Assembly: GCA_000092065.1 (NCBI GenBank) | Contig: CP000584.1 | DNA length: 64,000 bases | Direction: 5' to 3' (one strand) | From: Ostreococcus lucimarinus | Lineage: Eukaryota | Part shown: piece by piece, positions 59,001 to 64,000 of the stretch | Position numbering within the stretch: the first letter of the stretch is position 1 | Layout: each line of letters begins with the position of its first letter | Translations under genes and position numbers: made by a program | Notes under the pieces: generated by a model | Database searches by the model: none | What the model was told of the DNA's origin: nothing | The model's input: the letters and a program-made list of their open reading frames with translations, nothing else

Positions 59001-61786
59001 GCCATGGGAACGGCGTTCGCCGCCGCGCACAAAGGCACGAGGGCCGGAAGTGCGAGTGGAAAACACGCCGCAGCGTACGGATATCCGGCATATGACGCGA
59101 TCGAGCTCGCAAAGGGAGCACCATTATTACTAGTTTCGATGAGCAGCATTCGCTCGAGTACACCACCGAAATTATCACCTGCGTGATAAACGATGAGTGG
59201 TATAGACCTGAGCACCGTCGCAATTGCTTCTTCGAGAGCCGTAACTTCCTCTGTTCGAGGCGCACCGCCTTCTTCATGCAACTTGCGTAGAGACGCTGCA
59301 TCGTACACGAGTGGTGCAAACGATCCAAAGCAAATCGCCTTGTCGTTGATCAAGTAGGACAGCACCTTGTCACGAAGTCTAATGGCAAAATCGCCGTGTC
59401 GGGGAGTGAAAATTTGATAGATGATGCGCTGCACCGCCGCGTGAACGATCCATTTTTCAGCTTTGTGCCTGTACCGCCACTGCACGTGACGGACAGCAAT
59501 TTCTTGCAGGACATGATCTACGAGGGCCTCGAGCTTATCGCCAAGCCCACCATGTTGGAGTAATGTCTCCACTAAACTAAGCACGGCCAACGTCAACGGA
59601 TATTCACCGAGGCGCGACTCGCTGTCGCGAATGGCGCGAATCAACCCGGGGACACCAGTGCCTGGAGTGCCCGACAGGAGCGGCGCCTCGAGTACCTCTG
59701 CAACGGTTCTAGTGGGCTCAGCCGCGGCGAGTGCAGATAATGCCTGTAACACGGTGGCGGTCGATTGAATGCTTTGCTCCGTATGAAGAGACTTGCTTCG
59801 CACGTGCAACGCCAACGAAAGACCTGTGAGGATGTCGGTCGGTGACCCTTTCGGCACGGACTCAGAAACGTCACATGATAACATTGGTCTCGCAAATGAT
59901 GGTGCGTGCGTCAAAACTTTGGACAAGAATAACGTCGTCGCGTCGAGTTCATCACTCTCGCTCGTCGTCAATTCTCTGCTCAACCCCGCACTCGCGAGCA
60001 GGGAAAGGCGAGTCAGACAAAGATGCAAGCCGTCAGCAGGTGCGGCCCAGACGATCAACGGTGTGGTTTGTGTGCCCATATCAATTGCCAAACCGGACAT
60101 GCCAGCTTCGATGAATCCGCCGGGAATGTAAGGACTTGTAAGCCGATGGATGGCGGTGACCGAACCGCTCGCGAAGCCCGACTCGACGTCCATCACAGCG
60201 TCCTCGCTTGGTTTCAAGCCTTGCTGCATGATGTCTGGAGAAGGCACCGGTAGAGCAACCGTCGGCAGTTGTGCGATGTATGCCAACGCGCACTCCGCCG
60301 CGCGATGGCCCTCGGAAAACGCCGCGAGTACTCTCAACAGTGGGGCGGAATCGTAAGGAAACCGCTCTCGACAGCCTTCCAAGAGCGCGAAGAGCGGAGC
60401 CTCTTGGCCGTCCTCTCTCGCACCACCCCAGAACTGCTCGCATAGCACTGGCTGATGTGCGAGAAGTTTTCGTAGAACGCTCAAAATCTGGTTCAGGTCG
60501 TGAGTGGGCAAGCGGTGAACGGGAAGCATGTCGTACGCGGCGAGAATGGTGGAGAACATATTCTTCAGCACGCTCTTGTGGAGCGTCACGGTGGCGTCTT
60601 CGCCTCGCAACTGTTCCGCATCGAGCAAGTGCGACAGCGCAGAGAGCCCGCATTCGTTCGCTTTCTGCGTCATGATTTCGATCGAAAATCCGCCCGGCAT
60701 GTACTCAGCATCCACCGGTAGCAACGTGAGAAACGTTGACCACGCGAGCAGCGTTGGTCCGTGCGCCGCGTCGCTCTGCCATTTTTCCATCATTTCAGTG
60801 ATGGACTTTAGCACAGTCGCTTCCAAAAAACCGTGCGCATTCAGGCTCTTCCCGGAAAATCGATCGACTAAGTTTTCTAAATCCATCGCCGCGATCAGGG
60901 TGACGTTGCACAGCGCGCGAATATCCTCCGTGAACGCGTTCACGTGCGCCTGGGGCGCGTGCGACTCGAGCTCAATCGCCGCCGCGGGCGCGCGCCTGAG
61001 CGCACCCTTCTCAAACATTCGAGCCAACTTCATGAACATTTCAGGTTTGCACTTCACGCGGTTGTAGTACAGCAAAAATAGAACCTCCAGCAGCGCCACC
61101 GTCTCTTCGAGCGTTTGCCCCGCCCACGCCGCGGCGTCCTCCGGACTCGCCCCCTCGGGCCCGCTCGCGCTCGCCCCGCTCATGTGCCGATCGAGCGCGC
61201 GCCACACGTTCTCCTCGAACCCAAGATCGAGCATCTTCGTCACCGCGCGCTCCCACGCGTCGCCATCCGCGCCGCTCGACGCGTCCCCGCTCGTTCTCGA
61301 GAGCAGCGCGTGCGCGCACTTGATGGTCCCGAGTCGCTCCCGAAAGTAAAACCGCATCACCTCTCGCACCACCTCCTCCGTCGCCTCGCTCGGTCGCGGC
61401 ATTTCGCTCTCATCCAGCGCGCGTCTGAGCAGGACGTACGTCTGCGTCTCGTCCAACCGCAATCGTCTCGCGCACTCCGTCGCCACCTTCGCCGTCGTCG
61501 CGCTCACCCTCAGCGTCTTCCCCCCGTACTCCACGCTCCCGCCGCGCAGCGCCTCCGCGCTCGCCGCGCGCGTCGGTCCGTACGTTTCGCACGCGCGCGC
61601 GACGTGTTCGAGCGCGTCCTCGAGCGTCGACGTCGTCGCGTCGTCGACGACGTCGCCGCGCTGAACGGTCTCATCCAGGGCGTAAAACAGCGCGCGCGCG
61701 TTCGGCAGCGTCGCCGTCGCCGTCGCCGTCGACGTCGGCGCGAGCGGCGCGGCGGCGAGCGCGCTCGGCGCCGGCGCGCTCGGCGC

Positions 61787-61818
<32 letters not shown>

Positions 61819-61837
61819 CGCCGAACGCGAACGACAT
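56021..61837 (-). CDS. Very large (1,938 aa) alpha-solenoid protein with an Ala/Pro-rich N-terminus; function unassigned (scaffold-type, possibly a nucleoporin of the NUP188/NUP205 size class)
   Basis: A continuous minus-strand ORF. The first ATG is at 61835-61837 (MSFAFGAPAPAPAPAP...), verified. The predicted fold is helical-repeat throughout, and I do not recognise a family signature. The N-terminal 'APAPAP' is encoded by a (GCGGGC)n repeat at about 61795-61830. Confidence 0.4.
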
Positions 61838-61945
61838 GTCGTTCGACGCGCGCGTCGAAGTGCCGCACTCGCGCGCGCGCGTCGGATCGCCGACGCGCGA
61901 ATTCGCGCGCCGATCGTCGAGCGCGCGCGTCCGCGCGACGTCGCG

Positions 61946-63076
61946 ATGCGGTGCGGGGAGACGACGGCGCGCGAAGCGACGTCGAGGGCTGGCGACGGCG
62001 CCGCCGGGACGCGCGGTGACGAAGACGGATTCGTGCGCGACGCGGGCGTCGGATGTCACATCGCGCTGGACGTCGCGCGCGCGAATCACTCGTCGTGGTT
62101 GCTCGGCGCGGAAGTCGTGGACCCGGACGAGTACTCGGACGACGCGGAGTTCCCGGACGTGGCGTTGGACGCGGATGGACGCGGGGACGCGCCGAGACTG
62201 AGCGCGACGAACGCGGACGGATCAGACGCGGTGAAGGTGGCGTACATCACGGTGTACGACGTGAAGTGTTATGGGAAAGGGAATAAATCGCTCGCGCAGG
62301 GCGTGACGATCGATAACGATGGACGACGGTCGACGGTGACGACGTTCGTGTGCCTGGTGCCGCCGCGCTCGATGGCGCACCTGTGCTTTTTGCGACTGGA
62401 GGGAAGGGACGTGCGGGACGTGCGAATCGACAGCGATTTTCGCGCGTGGTCGATGCATCCGAAACCTAATGACACGCACAGCCAATCGGTGGGGTTTCCT
62501 CTGCGAGGCGAGCGATTTTTGTGCACGCAGAATGAAGGGGGCGAATTGACGCACTTTTTCAGCGGGAATTTGCACGCGGTGGATTTCAGATGTCCCGAAG
62601 GCACGCCCGTGCTCGCGGTGGGCGATGGTGAAGTAATCGAAGTGTGCGACGAGAACACGCTCACTGGAATCGCGGTGTCGAATCTATTCAAATGGAATTC
62701 AATCGTGTTAAAGCTCGACGCTCGCTCGACGCCGGAGACGCCGCTGAGAAACGCGAGCGCTGAGTGCGCCACCACGACTGAGGCCGACGTCTCCACGTAC
62801 GACGTCAGAGGTGGTGATTTATTTGTCGAGTACGTGCATATTCGCGCCAAGAGCGCCAAGGTTAAGGTCGGCGACCGCGTGCAGCGTGGACAAGTCATAT
62901 GCGAGTCCGGCTCCGTGGGATTCAGCCCCGAGCCGCATTTGCACTTTACGGCGTTTCGCTCGGGCGACGACACCGCCGACACCGTGCGCGTCTTGTTCGA
63001 AGCGTGCGACACCGGTGCGACATATCTCCCGCGCGCGGGTTCGTATTACACCGATAGCGTAGGTAAGTGCGCGTAG
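61946..63076 (+). CDS. Peptidase M23 (LytM/lysostaphin-type zinc metallopeptidase) domain protein
   Basis: ATG at 61946 verified. The C-terminal domain carries the M23 signature 'HAVDFRCPEGTPVLAVGDGEVIEV...GIAVSNLFKWNSIVLKLD...YVHIRAKSAKVKVGDRVQRGQVICESGSVGFSPEPHLHF' (HxxxD ... HxH). The N-terminal 200 aa are unassigned. Confidence 0.7.
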   Translation: MRCGETTAREATSRAGDGAAGTRGDEDGFVRDAGVGCHIALDVARANHSSWLLGAEVVDPDEYSDDAEFPDVALDADGRGDAPRLSATNADGSDAVKVAYITVYDVKCYGKGNKSLAQGVTIDNDGRRSTVTTFVCLVPPRSMAHLCFLRLEGRDVRDVRIDSDFRAWSMHPKPNDTHSQSVGFPLRGERFLCTQNEGGELTHFFSGNLHAVDFRCPEGTPVLAVGDGEVIEVCDENTLTGIAVSNLFKWNSIVLKLDARSTPETPLRNASAECATTTEADVSTYDVRGGDLFVEYVHIRAKSAKVKVGDRVQRGQVICESGSVGFSPEPHLHFTAFRSGDDTADTVRVLFEACDTGATYLPRAGSYYTDSVGKCA

Positions 63077-63181
63077 GTAAGTGCGCGTAGTCCGCTGTAC
63101 ATTTTCATTCACTTTTTCATCGCCGCAACCGACGCTCGAACCGCGCGCGCGACGTCCCACACCGCGACGCGCGCGCCGACG

Positions 63182-64000
63182 ATGGGCAAGACGCAGAAGC
63201 GCGCGCGAAAGAAATCGTCGCAAGCGCCCGGCGTGCGCGACGGCAGCGCGATCGCGAAGCCGACGCACGCGACGGCGGACGCGACGACTGATGTTCAAGT
63301 CGCGGTGGCGGCGGCGGCGATGGCGGTGGACGACGCGCGCGACGACGGCGCGCGATCGAGAGACGTGAGCGAAGGGACTATTTTACGTGCCCTGCTCGCG
63401 CAGTCGTGCGTGGACGCGTGCAAGGCGCTGGATGCGGCTCTGGCGCGCGGCGTCGCGGTGCGGGCGGATACGTGCGCGAGAGTGCTGGCGTTGTGTCAGG
63501 CGCGAGAGAAGGCGAAACCGGCGCTGCGATTGCTGCAAAGAATGGAAGCGAACGGTATGGCGCCGTCGCGAGAGGCGATGCGGTGCGCGTTCTTCGCGTG
63601 CGCGAAGCGGGGAATGTTGCGCGAGGCGCTGGTGTTGATGTCGCGGCTCGACGGCGAAGGAAAGCGTTTCTTAGGGAAGGATGTCCTCGTGCGAGCGTGC
63701 GCGATGTGCCCAGGGGGCGTCGATGGGGATTTAGGTTTAGCATTATTGGAAAGCGCGCTGCGCGGTATCATGTGCGGGTCTTGGGAGCCGGGATCTACCG
63801 CGACGATTCGCGCGCAAATGCCGTTCGCGGTGCCGCGCACGAAGGACGACGACGACATTCCCGCGCCATTGGTGCGTCGCGATATTGAATACGCGCCGGG
63901 TAGCTTTAAAATGGTTTGCGATAACGATGGACGACGTCGGCCGGTGGATAGGTTGCCGCTTGAGCTGTACGCGCCCGCGCACCCGGGCGTAATCCCATTT
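63182..64000 (+). CDS. PPR-like (pentatricopeptide/helical-repeat) protein, 3'-partial (runs off the window end)
   Basis: ATG at 63182-63184. The frame is open for 273 codons to the last base (...PAHPGVIPF), which is why it is absent from the track. Repeats of the type 'ADTCARVLALCQAREKAKPALRLLQRMEANGMAPSREAMRCAFFACAKRGMLREALVLMSRL' are PPR/TPR-like. Confidence 0.5.
   Translation, partial: MGKTQKRARKKSSQAPGVRDGSAIAKPTHATADATTDVQVAVAAAAMAVDDARDDGARSRDVSEGTILRALLAQSCVDACKALDAALARGVAVRADTCARVLALCQAREKAKPALRLLQRMEANGMAPSREAMRCAFFACAKRGMLREALVLMSRLDGEGKRFLGKDVLVRACAMCPGGVDGDLGLALLESALRGIMCGSWEPGSTATIRAQMPFAVPRTKDDDDIPAPLVRRDIEYAPGSFKMVCDNDGRRRPVDRLPLELYAPAHPGVIPF

Noticed and set aside
63056-63092. 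Direct duplication 'cgtaggtaagtgcg' x2 straddling the M23 stop codon
   Set aside because: Only two 14-nt copies are present, so it is most simply a small tandem duplication or slippage event in a 3' UTR. It resembles nothing functional that I can name.
1-64000. Prokaryotic-style system (operon, CRISPR, toxin-antitoxin, phage island) or transposable element
   Set aside because: Gene content, the introns with spliceosomal signals, transit peptides and eukaryote-specific proteins (coatomer, ESCRT-III, SUMO E1, ARP4, HOP2, Dof) show this is eukaryotic nuclear DNA. There are no direct-repeat arrays with spacers, no transposase, integrase or reverse-transcriptase ORFs, and no terminal inverted repeats.

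Overview
The window is GC-rich (roughly 65%), very gene-dense nuclear DNA from a eukaryote, most likely a green picoalga of the Mamiellophyceae (Micromonas-like). This is inferred from three things: green-lineage plastid genes (green-type Rubisco activase, PRK, cpSecY, lumenal FKBP, PsbP-domain protein, DiT translocator), about 37 protein-coding genes in 64 kb on both strands, and start codons of divergent pairs often only 60-130 bp apart. The spliceosomal introns I could resolve from the sequence are few, short, and lie at gene 5' ends. They have a GTGCG(T/G/A) donor and an unusually strict GACTGACG branch site 25-35 nt upstream of the acceptor. The ORF track marks non-ATG starts (TTG/GTG) as M. 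I therefore placed starts at internal ATGs by residue counting and checked most of them against the sequence. Several 5' ends remain provisional. I see no prokaryotic operon, CRISPR array, transposon or rRNA gene. I could not screen for tRNA or snRNA genes reliably by eye.

No self-contained novel system is evident. The most unusual items are:
- A second Rubisco-activase-like AAA+ protein with a C-terminal Cys-less rhodanese-like domain.
- A 1,804-aa four-domain voltage-gated channel whose selectivity-filter positions read R/S/D/D rather than E/E/E/E or D/E/K/A.
- An H-protein-like gene that lacks the lipoyl-lysine, head-to-head with a GDPD-like gene across a single CATG.
- A low-GC small ORF with codon usage unlike its neighbours.
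- An M23 (LytM-type) peptidase gene.
- The extended branch-site consensus of the introns.
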